A stretch of DNA of 64,000 nucleotides from Chlamydiales bacterium. GTDB lineage: Bacteria > Chlamydiota > Chlamydiia > Chlamydiales > JAAZZY01. Positions 31,193 to 42,725 of this stretch are shown here, piece by piece. The notes beneath the pieces were generated by a model, which had not been told where the DNA came from, did no database searches, and worked only from the letters and a program-made list of their open reading frames with translations. The position numbers and the translations under genes are program-made. Positions within the stretch are counted from its first letter, which is position 1; every line of letters starts with the position of its first letter. Where the stretch lies: contig CBDBKM010000013.1 of assembly GCA_965206695.1 (NCBI GenBank), positions 32,001-96,000 on the forward strand, in the 5' to 3' direction.

Positions 31193-32434
31193 CTACTCAG
31201 GCTTTTTCCCAAAGATGATGGTTTGCATTGTCAAGCCTTGTACTAAGATAGAAAAAACTACGATAAGATACGTTACCGTTAAAATAATCTCTCTCATGGG
31301 CGATGATGGCATTGTCAAAGCCATTGCGACAGGCAACGCTCCTCTCAGTCCTCCCCAGGTAAGAATGAGAACAACGTTTTTAGTAAATGTTCGATAGAAA
31401 GAAAAAATTCTTATAGGAATCCAAACGCTTACCAAGCGGCAAAATAAAACAACCACAATGGCAATAAGGCCGGCTACGATATGTAATCCTTGAAATTTCA
31501 CAGCCAGGACCTCTAAACCAATTAAAACAAATAGTAGAGCATTAAGAATTTCATCTATTAATTCCCAGAAGGTTTCTAAGCGTATTCTAGAATGTTCGCT
31601 CATTGCCATTTTGTGTATCTGAGAGCCGATAAAAAGACCGGCAACGACCATTGCAATAGGACCCGAGGTCTCTAATTCCGTAGCTAGTGCATAGCCACCG
31701 GACACTAATGTCAGAGTAATTAAAACCGCTACATTATGATCTTCGACAGTGCGCAGTAAAATACAAGCAAACCATCCCATTATAAAACCTAAAATAGCTC
31801 CTCCAATCGCTTCTCTTAAAAAAAGAAGCACTACTTCTGAAGTAGTGAAGGAATCACTCGTGACCAATTGTAATAAAGAGATAAAGATAACAATCCCTAC
31901 ACCATCATTAAATAACGATTCCCCTGCAATTTTAGCTTGCAGTGGTCTTGGTGCATTTGCATTTTTTAACATCGATAAAACAGCGATTGGATCCGTAGGA
32001 GAAATTAAAGCTCCAAAGAGCAAGCAAAAGATAAAGGACATCTCGATATGCATCCAATAAAATACATAATACATGATGATACCGACCAAGAAAGTCGATA
32101 ATATTGTCCCAAAAATTGCGAGGACACTTACAACCCATTTTTGTTTCATCAAGTCTTCTGCTGTCAGCTGAAGAGAGCCTGCAAAAAGGAGAAAACTTAA
32201 CATGCCCCCTAATAACGTCTTGCTAAAATCAATTTGGCTTATAACTCTGATCGCATGTGATTCTAATTTAATACCCAAAACATGAAGTAAAATTAAAAAA
32301 AGGGAGAAAATAAGAGCAATAGTCATTAATCCAATAGAAGCCGGCAGTTTGATATACCTATAATTAATATAGGAAAACAATCCCGTTAAACTTATGATAA
32401 TCGCTATAATATTGAGAAGGCTCATCGTATCCAA
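31193..32434 (-). CDS. nhaP: CPA1 Na+/H+ antiporter
   Basis: ISPTDPIAV, GESLFNDG, TWGGLRGAL; about 12 hydrophobic segments. Confidence 0.9.
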   Translation of the reverse strand: MDTMSLLNIIAIIISLTGLFSYINYRYIKLPASIGLMTIALIFSLFLILLHVLGIKLESHAIRVISQIDFSKTLLGGMLSFLLFAGSLQLTAEDLMKQKWVVSVLAIFGTILSTFLVGIIMYYVFYWMHIEMSFIFCLLFGALISPTDPIAVLSMLKNANAPRPLQAKIAGESLFNDGVGIVIFISLLQLVTSDSFTTSEVVLLFLREAIGGAILGFIMGWFACILLRTVEDHNVAVLITLTLVSGGYALATELETSGPIAMVVAGLFIGSQIHKMAMSEHSRIRLETFWELIDEILNALLFVLIGLEVLAVKFQGLHIVAGLIAIVVVLFCRLVSVWIPIRIFSFYRTFTKNVVLILTWGGLRGALPVAMALTMPSSPMREIILTVTYLIVVFSILVQGLTMQTIIFGKKPE

Positions 32435-32607
32435 ATATTAAATATTAACTTGTAAGAAATAAGGTATTTTACATTCAAGCATTTTAAATATTATAGTTCT
32501 AACTATTTTGACAGCTCCCAACCCTAAAGGGAAGGGATTCCTAATTCATCGACCACTGCTAACAAACAAGCTAGTCTAACATGATCTCCAAAGGCTTAAA
32601 TTACCGA

Positions 32608-34627
32608 CTACCCTGCGGTATCGAGATTAATAGATGCATTAAGATCTCTATCGTGTGTTACTTTGCAGTTTGGACACTGCCAACTTCTCACACTTAAATC
32701 TAAAATTTCTATTTGGTACCGGCAGGCAGAGCATAGTTTTGAACCGGCAAAAAATTGATCTAATTCCACTATATTTCTTCCGTACCATTCACACTTATAC
32801 TTTAAAAATGTTAAACACTGCCTCCATCCTGCATCCGATATATGCTTGGAAAGTTTTTTATTTTTTAACATCTTATTAATATTTAACCCTTCTATCGTGA
32901 TCGTTTGGTTTTCACGAGCCAACTTTGTAGAAAGTTTATGATGAAAGTCCTGCCTTATATTTTTTATCTTCGAATGTATCGAAGCCACCGATCTTCTTTT
33001 TTTGAATCTGTTTTTACCTTTGACTTTAGCTTTGCTAAGAGAACGTTGTTTTCTTTTTAGTCTTTTCTTATGAAATCTAAAAGGTTTAGGTGCCGTAATC
33101 TTTTTCCCTGTAGAAAGAGTTGCGAATGTCGTTAATCCTAAATCTATACCGACAGAATTATTTCTCTTCTCAAAAGGGATCACTTCTTCTTCTACTAATA
33201 GGCTCACAAAATACCTGTCACAAGAGTCTTTTGTGATTGTTATACCTGTTGGTGTACCTAAAAAACACCTTGACCAATGTATTTTTAATCTGTCTTTAGA
33301 TTTTGCAATCTTAAGATTAACCCCATCCCAACTAAATGCTGACTTAGTTAATCGTATTGCCTGCGTACTGTGTTTGTTTTTAAAGCGAGGGAAATTTGAC
33401 CTTTTTTTAAAAAAGTTTAAAAAAGCTCTATCAAGATCTCTAAGACTTTGTTGCAGACAAACAGAAGAAACTTCGTTTAACCAAAGAAACTCTTTGTTTT
33501 GCTTAAGACTTGTCAAGAATGCCGATGTTTTAGAATAACTTACATTCTCTTTGTATTCCTGATATTTCTTGATCTTAAAATTTAAAGCTTGATTATAGTC
33601 ATTTAATTTTATATTGATAAGATTGCTTGATCAATGGCGAATTTAAAATTCGTAACTTTTCGTAATATCTCTCTAACTTTATTTTTCATATTAGCCCAAT
33701 ATTTTTCTATAGGATTTAAGTCCGGAGAATATGGAGGAAGAAACATAAGCTTACAACCGGCAGATTCTACTGTTTTCCTGCTTTCCGCTGACTTGTGAAA
33801 ACCGGCATTGTCAAGAATAAGAACACTACCGGGTGTAAGCTGAGGAGTCAAAACTTCCTTAAGCCAAATATTGAATAACCCGGTATTACAAGTACCTTCA
33901 AAACACATTGGAGATAAAAACTGCCCTTTAGATAGGGCTGAAATAATATTTTGCCTTATAAAGCGGTTTCCTGAAACCGCTCCAAAAACTTTTTTGCCGC
34001 GTAAGCTTCTTCCGGACTCACGAAATAAAAATTGATGAATCCCGGTTTCATCGAGATAAATTCTCTTGTCAAAGGGAATATTTTTTAAATCTTTCATAAA
34101 AGCTTCCCGTTTCTTTTCATCTCTTTCCTTATAGCGAGTAGTTTTTTTTTTCGTGTAATTTTTAATCTTTTAAGGGCATAAAAAATCGTTTGCGGAGTGA
34201 CTGAAAAATAATCAGCAATTTCCGATAAAAAATAATCCGGATGTTTTTCTACATATTTAGATAACAACTCATCATCTAATTTCTTATAAGCATATTTTCT
34301 GCGGATTGGCTTTAAATGTCCTTTTTGCTTTTTTTGCAAGATCCATCGATATATTGTTGCGATACCTACTTGAAAAATATGGCCGGCTGTTTTTTTATCA
34401 TGATGTTTTTCTATATGTTGTAATACTTTCTCTCGAAGATCTACTGAATAGGCTCTAGGCATTGTTTTGTCCTTACTGTTTGTATAAAAAAAGAAGGATA
34501 ACATATTATCAAATAAAAATTAAAATACTATATATACAACTCTAGAACATCCAAAGCTTTTTGTAAGCAACTCCTTTTGTTTTTTCGTTGGATAGAATCT
34601 GAATTTATATGCTTTTTTGATCATCAT
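32608..34627 (-). pseudogene. tnpB: tnpB split by IS630
   Basis: MMIKKAYK...RVVY|NQAL rejoins on removal of 33596-34532; terminal CAG->TAG. Confidence 0.92.
33596..34530 (-). mobile_element. IS630-family element copy 2 (935 bp)
   Basis: TA duplication; near-identical to 6865-7799. Confidence 0.93.
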
Positions 34628-34639
34628 GTATTGCATTAT

Positions 34640-35053
34640 ATGTCCGGTATATATATATTGTCTATATGGAAAACCTCTAAAACAGCAGTTTTTAACCTTA
34701 GTTACCATGTTATTTGGTGTCCTAAATATAGGAGAAAGGTTCTTGAAGGTGATATTGTTGTTCGTTTAAAGGAATTATTAGAATTAAAAGCTCTACAACT
34801 AAATATAGAGATTCACGAACTGAATATTATGCCTGATCACGTACATATTTTTTTAAATACCAAGCCTATATATTCGCCACAATTTTTCATAGGACAACTT
34901 AAGGGATATACAAGCCGAATATTAAGGCAAGAATTTTCAAGCTTAAGATCCGGGTTACCCACACTGTGGACACGGTCTTATTATGTTGATAGTGTTGGAA
35001 AATTAAATGAATATACAATCAGAAAGTATATACGGAATCAAAAAAACAAATAG
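34640..35053 (+). CDS. tnpA: IS200-type Y1 transposase TnpA
   Basis: YHVIWCPKYRR, DHVH (HUH), LWTRSYY, KYIRNQ; in frame with ATG 34640. Confidence 0.85.
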   Translation: MSGIYILSIWKTSKTAVFNLSYHVIWCPKYRRKVLEGDIVVRLKELLELKALQLNIEIHELNIMPDHVHIFLNTKPIYSPQFFIGQLKGYTSRILRQEFSSLRSGLPTLWTRSYYVDSVGKLNEYTIRKYIRNQKNK

Positions 35054-35104
35054 ACACTTTCATCCCACCCTTAAAAAGGTGGGGTTTCTCGTTTAATTGT
35101 CATA

Positions 35105-35172
35105 AGACCTCTGCATAACTGATTTTTAATAATGATTTTTAAAAAATTCATTAGACTTCTTTCGAAATTAAA
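35105..35172. mobile_element. Stacked IS end fragments
   Basis: AGACCTCTGCATAACTGA (as at 46924) followed by AGACTTCTTTCGAAA (as at 4024). Confidence 0.7.
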
Positions 35173-35321
35173 TTAAAAGAAGAAATATTACAAAATAGTG
35201 TAAAATAAATCTTTTAAAGTCTATCAGGTGTTAAGAAAAAAACTGTTATATATTGTAATAAATTCATTTGTTTAGTTACATTGTTTGTTAATATTAACCA
35301 AATTTACACAGGATTTTATTT

Positions 35322-36740
35322 AATGTCAAAAGAAAATTATTGCTATAGAATGTCCGAATATTCGAATCCGAGTAATACCCTTAACAACCAATTGATGTTG
35401 GGGGCCGGTGCTATTTTAACCCCAAGTTATGGGGTATAAAACTCTTAAGTCGGGTACACAAGGACTCTTTGGAACCGATACTTTAGCGGAACGATATCAA
35501 TATTTACAAAAGGTTTGGGAAGGTGATGATAGTGGAATTTATGGACGTTGCACTAATCTCGCTCAATCTATTTTCGGTTCTACAAACGTCAGTGATTGAG
35601 CACATCATTTATTAACCGCAGGAATCTATGGAATAGTAACAGCTGCTACGGGATACGCAACGTATTATGCATATAATCAAATTAATGACAATATCCCCAA
35701 TACCATGGAATATAAAAATCCGTAGCTAAAGGAACAATTTGATCTCGACTACACAACCTGTAAAACCGATCTCCTAAACAACGAAACATTAGGCAATAAT
35801 CTTGAATCGTTAAAGGAACAAGTCGGTAACGCAAACCGTGAATACATACATATTAAAGATGACTGTTCGAGTGAACAGGATTGTCCCGCCTTAATTGCTG
35901 CTACAGATGAATTAATCAAAGCCAACAATGCTTGGGAAACGGCTGGCAATGAATTTATAGCAGTTCAGCCCTCTTGTCTAAACGCTTACAATAACATGGA
36001 TGCTGCTCTCGAGGCGAAAACAGATAGAAAGCCTTTTCCTTTTTGGTGGGATGCGCATTGCATGGAAGACGATCAGGATAGAGCGTGTGAACAGCTGGAA
36101 TTTCTAAAATATTTTGTTGAGGACACGGGACCTTTTCTATCACGTCATCTGAAGCCTCCACATAATTATGATGAACATTATATCCGCAAATTCCATGGAA
36201 TATAAAAATCCGAAGCTAAAAAGACAATTTGATCTCGACTACACAAACTGTAACACCTGTACCCTACACGAAACATTGCGCAAGGAGCTTAACCCATTAC
36301 AAAGAACAAGCCATGAAAGCACGCTGCAAAAAGAGCTCCATATTAGAAATAAGTGTTGGAGTGAATGGAATTGTACCGGCTTATTTACTGCTATGGTTGA
36401 AGTATTCAAAGCCAACAAGGCTTGGAAAACGGCCGGCAATGAATGTAACTCAGCTAAGGACTGTTGGCAACACGGCCTACGCTTTTCGAGCAAACAGGTC
36501 GAAATACTAAGATGTCTTGGGATTCGTATTGCATGACAGAAGATCCGGATAGAGATTGTCAAAAGTGGTATATCGTAGAAGATCAAACGAAGTAATTTCA
36601 AAAAGGTTGCTTCGACTTCTTCAATTCCGGCTCTGATCTTTATGAATATTCTATTCCATTACAGCGTTGTGATGAGAGCACCGGTGATTTTTTTAACTCT
36701 GACGGGACACTGCGGCTAAATAATTTTGCCGGTTTCATTT
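35322..36740 (+). pseudogene. Decayed membrane-anchored Cys-rich protein with two ~490-bp internal repeats
   Basis: Hydrophobic LLTAGIYGIVTAATGYATYYAY, then repeats starting MEYKNP.LK.QFDLDYT.C at ~35705 and ~36195; stops and frameshifts; ends approximate. Confidence 0.6.
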
Positions 36741-37063
36741 ACGAGAGCAAACACCTGATTATAGTGTTTTTTCTAGAATCAGAACAAAAATTGAAACGCG
36801 TTTACTGTCTAAGATTTTTACGCATTTTAGAGATCAAGTCTGCATTTATAGAAGCTATTACTTTAAATATGAAACATATTTTGGCTAGAGCAAGTAAAGA
36901 CTAGCCGTAATATTCTTTTTAAATATGGGAATATATCATCTGCTACTTTACCTCATATCCGGGAAGAAATTTTTCAATATCTTACTGTCAAAAATACGAC
37001 ACCGATTATAAGACTAGCCTTTGGCTCAGCTCTCAGTATTTATGGCATGATCGTATTTAAAAT

Positions 37064-38635
37064 TTAAGCCCAAAGAAAAGTAGGCAGAAAAGAATCGTAC
37101 CAAGCACTCTTTAACTCAGGAAACGTATTGATAATAGCAGACATTCTATTTTCATATTCTTGATTATGGCAAGGTTTAGATTCCCATTTTCTTATAAAAC
37201 GACGAACTAAATTTAAATCGATTTCTTCAGAAAGCCCACCCTCTTCAGTTATATAATCACTTAGAAAAGCCTCTAGTAGATGAACTCTAGAATATTCTGT
37301 CCACTGCTTGTAAAAAGATAACGTTTCTTTGATAACAATAGTTGGATTTGACTCTTTTTTGCTATGTATTAAGAGTAACAAGGCAAAAATTAAGGTTTTT
37401 ACCGATGCTGTACTACAATTACCTATCTTTTGCCATTTTGAAGGCAATTTCTTAAAGATATCATTGAGGGTTTGTAAATATGGATCATGTGGATCACTCC
37501 CTAAAGCTTCGGGTAAGTCATTATAAAAGAATTTGACTCCTTCTTTTGCAGAAAAAAGATGATTCGCTCTTTGCATGTGAGAGATGGTATGCTTATTAAT
37601 TTTATTCGGATCTATTTTATAGATAACAACAGGTTGTGAAGTATGCCCTTCACCTTTATTACAAATAAATAGATATGAATCATAAAAAAAAATTTCAATG
37701 GCGTGACCATTCCAACCGGTAGAAATAATAACACATTTTTGTTGCAGTATCTTATTTGCAAGTTCGGTAGGGCCAAGATACATATTCTCTAACCCATCAT
37801 TTAAATGCTTAAGAAGCATTTTTACATCATCCTGATTTAACCAATATGGTAACACTGTATCCGCTATAAAAGATTTTAAGGCATTTGTAACCGTGGGAAA
37901 AGTCATAGAGGGGAATCCCCCTTCAATGTTTTTTAAAGACTTTTCGGCCAGTAGCGCATTTCCTTCAATCCCCCAAAAGCTTGAAGCAACTTTCAAATGA
38001 AAAAATTTAGAAACATAATCCCTATTCAATCCCAACTCTTCCAGTAAATCCACAATCCTTGATTTTGAATTGAGATAGGCACAAATTAAAGCATCTGCCC
38101 CGGAATTTGTTTTTAGATGAATATCAGCTCCTCTGTGTATCAAAGAAACAATGGACTCATAGGCTCCCCAATAAGCTGCCCAATGTAGCGGTGTCGCCTC
38201 ATTTGAATCTTTTGCATTAGGATCTGACCTAAAGGCCAATAAAAGATTCATCGCAGATACGTGATTGTTACCGGCTGCAAAATGAATGGGTAGTGCCCGG
38301 GTCGGTTCTGCCGGCATTTGTAGATTTGCACCATTAGCAATCAGGATCTTCAAAATATCAATACGACCGGTTGCTGCTGCTAAATGAAGCGGAGCTCGTC
38401 CTTGAGCATCATATGCATTAATATCGACTCCTTGATTTAAAAAATGCATAACACTATTTAAATCGCCACACACAATAGCCTCATGTAAACTCTCACCAAT
38501 AATGGGATTAAAAGGATTGAAAAAAATATTTGAAAAACAAGAAGGAGGTGTAACTGTATTGCCGGGAAAGGGTTGAAGCGACTTAGGTGTAAAATAATTT
38601 GTTACTAAAGTAGTCATTTGTCCAAAAGAAATCAC
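37064..38635 (-). CDS. Ankyrin-repeat protein with putative cysteine-protease-like domain
   Basis: About 5 ANK repeats (PLHLAA, PIHFAA, TPLHWAA), then GWNGH..ICNKG..QKIGNC. Confidence 0.8.
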   Translation of the reverse strand: MISFGQMTTLVTNYFTPKSLQPFPGNTVTPPSCFSNIFFNPFNPIIGESLHEAIVCGDLNSVMHFLNQGVDINAYDAQGRAPLHLAAATGRIDILKILIANGANLQMPAEPTRALPIHFAAGNNHVSAMNLLLAFRSDPNAKDSNEATPLHWAAYWGAYESIVSLIHRGADIHLKTNSGADALICAYLNSKSRIVDLLEELGLNRDYVSKFFHLKVASSFWGIEGNALLAEKSLKNIEGGFPSMTFPTVTNALKSFIADTVLPYWLNQDDVKMLLKHLNDGLENMYLGPTELANKILQQKCVIISTGWNGHAIEIFFYDSYLFICNKGEGHTSQPVVIYKIDPNKINKHTISHMQRANHLFSAKEGVKFFYNDLPEALGSDPHDPYLQTLNDIFKKLPSKWQKIGNCSTASVKTLIFALLLLIHSKKESNPTIVIKETLSFYKQWTEYSRVHLLEAFLSDYITEEGGLSEEIDLNLVRRFIRKWESKPCHNQEYENRMSAIINTFPELKSAWYDSFLPTFLWA

Positions 38636-38860
38636 ATTTTGATATTAATGATATATTAATACAAAATAAAGTCAACTATAATAAAATCAACTATTAAAAA
38701 CACACTTTAGTTAAAATACGAGTGAAAATACAAATAATAAATATGATAAATACTCGGAGACGGCGACTAATATTCGAAACCGTTGATTAACTCAACTACC
38801 CGCATCGTGCGGGTTTTCTCATTGCGCTTTTCCTGTTTCAACACGCCCCTATCATTACCG

Positions 38861-39976
38861 CTAAGCGGCTACTTTCGGCTTGTTTGATGCTTCACAGGCA
38901 CTACCTGCAGTGGCTAATATATTTCTCGCGGCATTAATATCTCTGTCATGCTCTTCACCACAACTTATACAACGCCAACGTCGCACATTAAGACCCAACT
39001 CATTGAGTACAAACCCACACCTCGAACACATCTTACTCGTATTCCTTGGATTAGCAAGCATAAAATCTCTTTTATACCAATTAGATTTATACTCAAGTTG
39101 TCGGCGGAACTCACTCCAAGACGCGTCCCCAATCGATCGACTTAACTTTTTGTTAGACCTCATGCTACGCACAGAAAGGTCTTCTACTGCCACCGTTTGG
39201 TGCTTCTTAACAATAGTCGTACTCAATTTATGCAAAAAGTCTCGCCTCTTATCGGCTATTCGTGCATGAAGCTTTCCAAGCCTTTTACGTGCCTTTAATC
39301 TATTGTTAGATCTTTTCTTTTTTTTAGAGAGAAATCTACTTTTCTTTTTAAGTGTCCTTAAGTTTTGTCTTAATATCTTGGGAGAATTTATTTTTTCTTC
39401 CTCGCTTGTTACGATATAACAATGAAGGCTCATATCTATTCCAACAGAAGATGTTGTATAGGGAATCTCTTTTTCGAATTTGCAATCAAACCTGTAAGGA
39501 TACAACCATCTATCAGCAGAATCTACAGATACAGTAGCGCTATTTGGAAATATCGGTACTTCTTGAGACCACACAACATTAACTTTTCCAAGTTTTGGAA
39601 GTTTTAATATTTTTTTATCTTGGAAGATGTTTTTGGTTTGTCGTTTGTCAAGTGTATAGGTACAAGATCTTTTGAATCTCTTGAACCTTGGAAACTTTCC
39701 TTGTTTACGAAAAAAACGTTGATATCCGGATTCCGGACCCTTTAAAGTATTACAATGAACTGTTCCCGTTGTCTTCCTTAAAAAGGGCTTTTCTTTTTTA
39801 AGCTTAGTTATTTCACGAGATAGACCAATCCAATTAATAGACTCTTTCTTTTCTTCATAAAATTTTGATCTGTATGCTAAAGACCAATTATAAACAAACT
39901 TAGAAGATCTAAATTCTTCTTTAAGTTGCCGTCTCTGCTTGAGTGTAGGATAAAATCTTAGTTTGACTGCTTTTAC
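38861..39976 (-). pseudogene. tnpB: TnpB, full-length open frame lacking a canonical start codon
   Basis: Open from (GTA)KAVKLRFYP to the stop; RuvC GIDMS / VEDL / DRDINAA and zinc finger intact. Confidence 0.8.
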
Positions 39977-40001
39977 TGTAAACTCTTTATTTTAAGCAGC
40001 T

Positions 40002-40031
40002 AGTATATCCAACAAGCACCGCCACCGTCAA
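40002..40031 (-). promoter_or_regulatory. Putative promoter of the tnpB-only element
   Basis: TTGACG-N18-TATACT about 25 bp upstream of the tnpB frame. Confidence 0.55.
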
Positions 40032-40139
40032 CAATTAATGCGCTTTTCGCTCCTCTCTGCTCCTCTTCGATACGTAACTGTCACTCGTGGGTCGTCTGCA
40101 TCCGTGCAGTCTTCAACGAATCACTTATTCTTAAGTTAA

Positions 40140-40898
40140 TTATCTGGGGTCAATTGATTTTGCCAAGTTAAGCAATTCTTTTGGATCAACTTGTTGCCCC
40201 ATAAGTTTAACAAAAGCAGATCCTACAACAAAACCATCAGCTTGTTCTAAAACTTTCTTGGCACTTGCTTTATCCGCGATACCAAAACCAACAGCTACCG
40301 GCAATAACGAATGTTGCTTAACCTTTGAGATCTCTTTTAAAATATTATACGGAAGCTTATTCTTAACTCCCGTTGTCCCTTTACGACAGGCGTAATAGAC
40401 AAAACCTTTAGATGAAGAAGCTATCATATCAAGGCGGCTCTTTTCGGTAGAAGGAGAAGCTAAAAAAACAGGGTCTAATTGATGTTGCCGTAATAATTGA
40501 ATATGAACAGCAGCTTCTTCAGGAGGCAGATCGACAACCAATATTCCGTCAAAACCACATGCTCCGGTTTTCTCTATGAATGGTTCTCCTCCTTTTAAAA
40601 GAGGATTATAATAGGTGAATAATAAAAGAGGGACTTGGGTTTTTTCTCTGATTCTTCTTCCGATTTCTAAAACATCTTTTGGCTTTATACCTTTTTGTAG
40701 AGAACGTTCCACCGCATCTTGAATGGTAGGTCCATCTGCTACCGGATCTGAAAAAGGAATACCCAGTTCCAGCAGATCGACACCTCCTTTAATTAAAGCT
40801 TTTGCGCATTCTACACAATACTCTATGCCTCCATCTCCACCGGTGATATAACCGATATAAACCGGCCCTTTTTCAAAAGCTTGTTGAATTCTTGTCAT
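40140..40898 (-). CDS. trpA: Tryptophan synthase alpha subunit
   Basis: LELGIPFSDPVADGPTIQ, GTTG, VGFGI, VVGSA. Confidence 0.97.
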   Translation of the reverse strand: MTRIQQAFEKGPVYIGYITGGDGGIEYCVECAKALIKGGVDLLELGIPFSDPVADGPTIQDAVERSLQKGIKPKDVLEIGRRIREKTQVPLLLFTYYNPLLKGGEPFIEKTGACGFDGILVVDLPPEEAAVHIQLLRQHQLDPVFLASPSTEKSRLDMIASSSKGFVYYACRKGTTGVKNKLPYNILKEISKVKQHSLLPVAVGFGIADKASAKKVLEQADGFVVGSAFVKLMGQQVDPKELLNLAKSIDPR

Positions 40899-42100
40899 GA
40901 TCGATCTCCTAAATCAAAATCTTTCGATTCAAATAACGCAGGCAAATCTTTATCTCCCCTTCCTGATAAGTTAACAATGACAACGCTCCCTTTAGGAATA
41001 TCAGGAGCTACTTGCTCTAAATGAGCTAAAGCATGGGCCGATTCCAGTGCAGGAATAATACCTTCTGTTTGAGACAAATTTTTAAAAGCTTTTATAACGT
41101 CACGATCCAAAGCATAGGCATATTCGACACGCCCACTTTCATAAAGCATCGCATGTTCCGGACCTATAGCCGGGTAGTCTAAACCTGCCGAGACAGAAGC
41201 TGTTGGTAAAATCTGTCCCACTTCATCTTGCAACAAATAGGTATAACAGCCATGTAAAACTCCGGGAGAGCCACCGGCAAAACGAGCAGCATGCTCATTT
41301 GCTCCCAGTTCTTTTCCCCCGGCTTCAACACCAATTAATTCCACTTTTTTATCATCTAAAAAAGCGGAGAAAATACCGATAGCATTCGAGCCTCCTCCAA
41401 TACATGCTATAACAAATTGTGGTAATGACCCTGTAAGCTCCAGAATTTGTTGCTTGGTTTCTATTCCAATAATCGAATGCAAACCTCGAACCATCTGAGG
41501 ATAGGGATAAGGACCCAAAGCTGATCCTAAACAATAAAAACTCGTATCATAAGTAGCCGACCATTGCCTTAAGGCTTCGTTAATAGCATCTTTTAATGTT
41601 TTCGAACCTTGGGATACTGAGACAACCTCTGCACCTAAAAGGCGCATTTTCAAAACATTGGGCTCTTGCCTTTTTATATCAACTTCGCCCATATAAACCA
41701 CACATTCCAGGCCCATATACGCACAAGCTGTAGCTGTTGCCAAACCATGCTGCCCGGCCCCCGTCTCGGCAATAATACGTTTTTTCCCCAGCTTTTTAGC
41801 TAATAGGCATTGCCCTAAAGCATTATTAATTTTATGTGCTCCCGTATGGAGTAAATCTTCTCGTTTTAAAAAAATGCGAGGCCCATTAATAAATTCAGCA
41901 TAACGACACACTTCTGTCATTGGAGTGGGTCTACCGGCATAATGTTTTAAAATGGATTCTAACTCTGATCTAAACGCTGCATCATTCCAATAATATTCCC
42001 ACCCATCCTGTACCTCTTTAAGAGGAGCAACAAGAATCTCAGGCATATAAGCTCCACCATATGGACCGTAGCGCTGATTGCTTTTATCCTTTTTCGTCAT
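40895..42100 (-). CDS. trpB: Tryptophan synthase beta subunit
   Basis: KREDLLHTGAHKINN, ETGAGQHG, GGGSNA, SGRGDKD. Confidence 0.98.
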   Translation of the reverse strand: MTKKDKSNQRYGPYGGAYMPEILVAPLKEVQDGWEYYWNDAAFRSELESILKHYAGRPTPMTEVCRYAEFINGPRIFLKREDLLHTGAHKINNALGQCLLAKKLGKKRIIAETGAGQHGLATATACAYMGLECVVYMGEVDIKRQEPNVLKMRLLGAEVVSVSQGSKTLKDAINEALRQWSATYDTSFYCLGSALGPYPYPQMVRGLHSIIGIETKQQILELTGSLPQFVIACIGGGSNAIGIFSAFLDDKKVELIGVEAGGKELGANEHAARFAGGSPGVLHGCYTYLLQDEVGQILPTASVSAGLDYPAIGPEHAMLYESGRVEYAYALDRDVIKAFKNLSQTEGIIPALESAHALAHLEQVAPDIPKGSVVIVNLSGRGDKDLPALFESKDFDLGDRS

Positions 42101-42725
42101 ATTTTCTTACCTTTTCAATAAAACGAGCCATTAGGTCATAATCTTTTCGCGGGCTTTTCGGTTTGCATACACCGGTTGCCAGATCTACACCAAAAGGATT
42201 TAACATGCGTAATCCCTTTTCAATATTATTAATATTTAAGCCTCCTGATAGTATCCAAGGTGAATATCCCAAAGGCTTAAAAACATCCCAGTTAAAAGTT
42301 TTCCCACTCCCTCCTTTCTCAGAGTCATAAAGAAGCCAGTCTCTATCTTTATTCAATTGATCTTGTTTTAAGGTTTTGTTTTCAATTATGTTCCCGTTTG
42401 AGGCAACTTCTACTGCAAATATCCTTTCAAGATGTTCATCAACTTCATTAAACGCTTCTCTTGACTCTTTTCCATGCAGTTGTACTATCGATAAATTTAA
42501 AATTGCAGCCTTTTTATTAATCTGATCGGCGTCATCATTTACAAACACACCAACCGGTCTTATAGCATTTTCTTTTGCAGCCTGAATAATTTCTAAAGCT
42601 TGATTCATTTCAATATAACGCTTTGATCCAAGAAATAAATTAATACCAATAATATCAGCGCCTAAATCGGCTGCCATTTTTGCATCTTCCGGATCGATGA
42701 TACCGCAAATTTTAATAACAGTCAT
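42084..42725 (-). CDS. trpF: Phosphoribosylanthranilate isomerase
   Basis: IKICGI, VQLHG, GGSGKTFNW, LSGGL, GVDLATGV. Confidence 0.95.
   Translation of the reverse strand: MTVIKICGIIDPEDAKMAADLGADIIGINLFLGSKRYIEMNQALEIIQAAKENAIRPVGVFVNDDADQINKKAAILNLSIVQLHGKESREAFNEVDEHLERIFAVEVASNGNIIENKTLKQDQLNKDRDWLLYDSEKGGSGKTFNWDVFKPLGYSPWILSGGLNINNIEKGLRMLNPFGVDLATGVCKPKSPRKDYDLMARFIEKVRKYDEKG

Larger units (their letters stand above)
32508..35101 (-). mobile_element. IS200/IS605-family element copy 2, tnpB interrupted by IS630
   Basis: Inverted near-identical copy of 589-2253; TTAT target (35102-05 on minus strand), TCAA end at 32508. Confidence 0.93.
38783..40110 (-). mobile_element. tnpB-only (IS1341-like) IS200/IS605 element, unrelated to copies 1 and 2
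   Basis: Related subterminal hairpins CCCGCACGATGCGGG (right) and CTGCACGGATGCAG (left), TCAA end at 38783, no tnpA; left boundary approximate. Confidence 0.75.
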
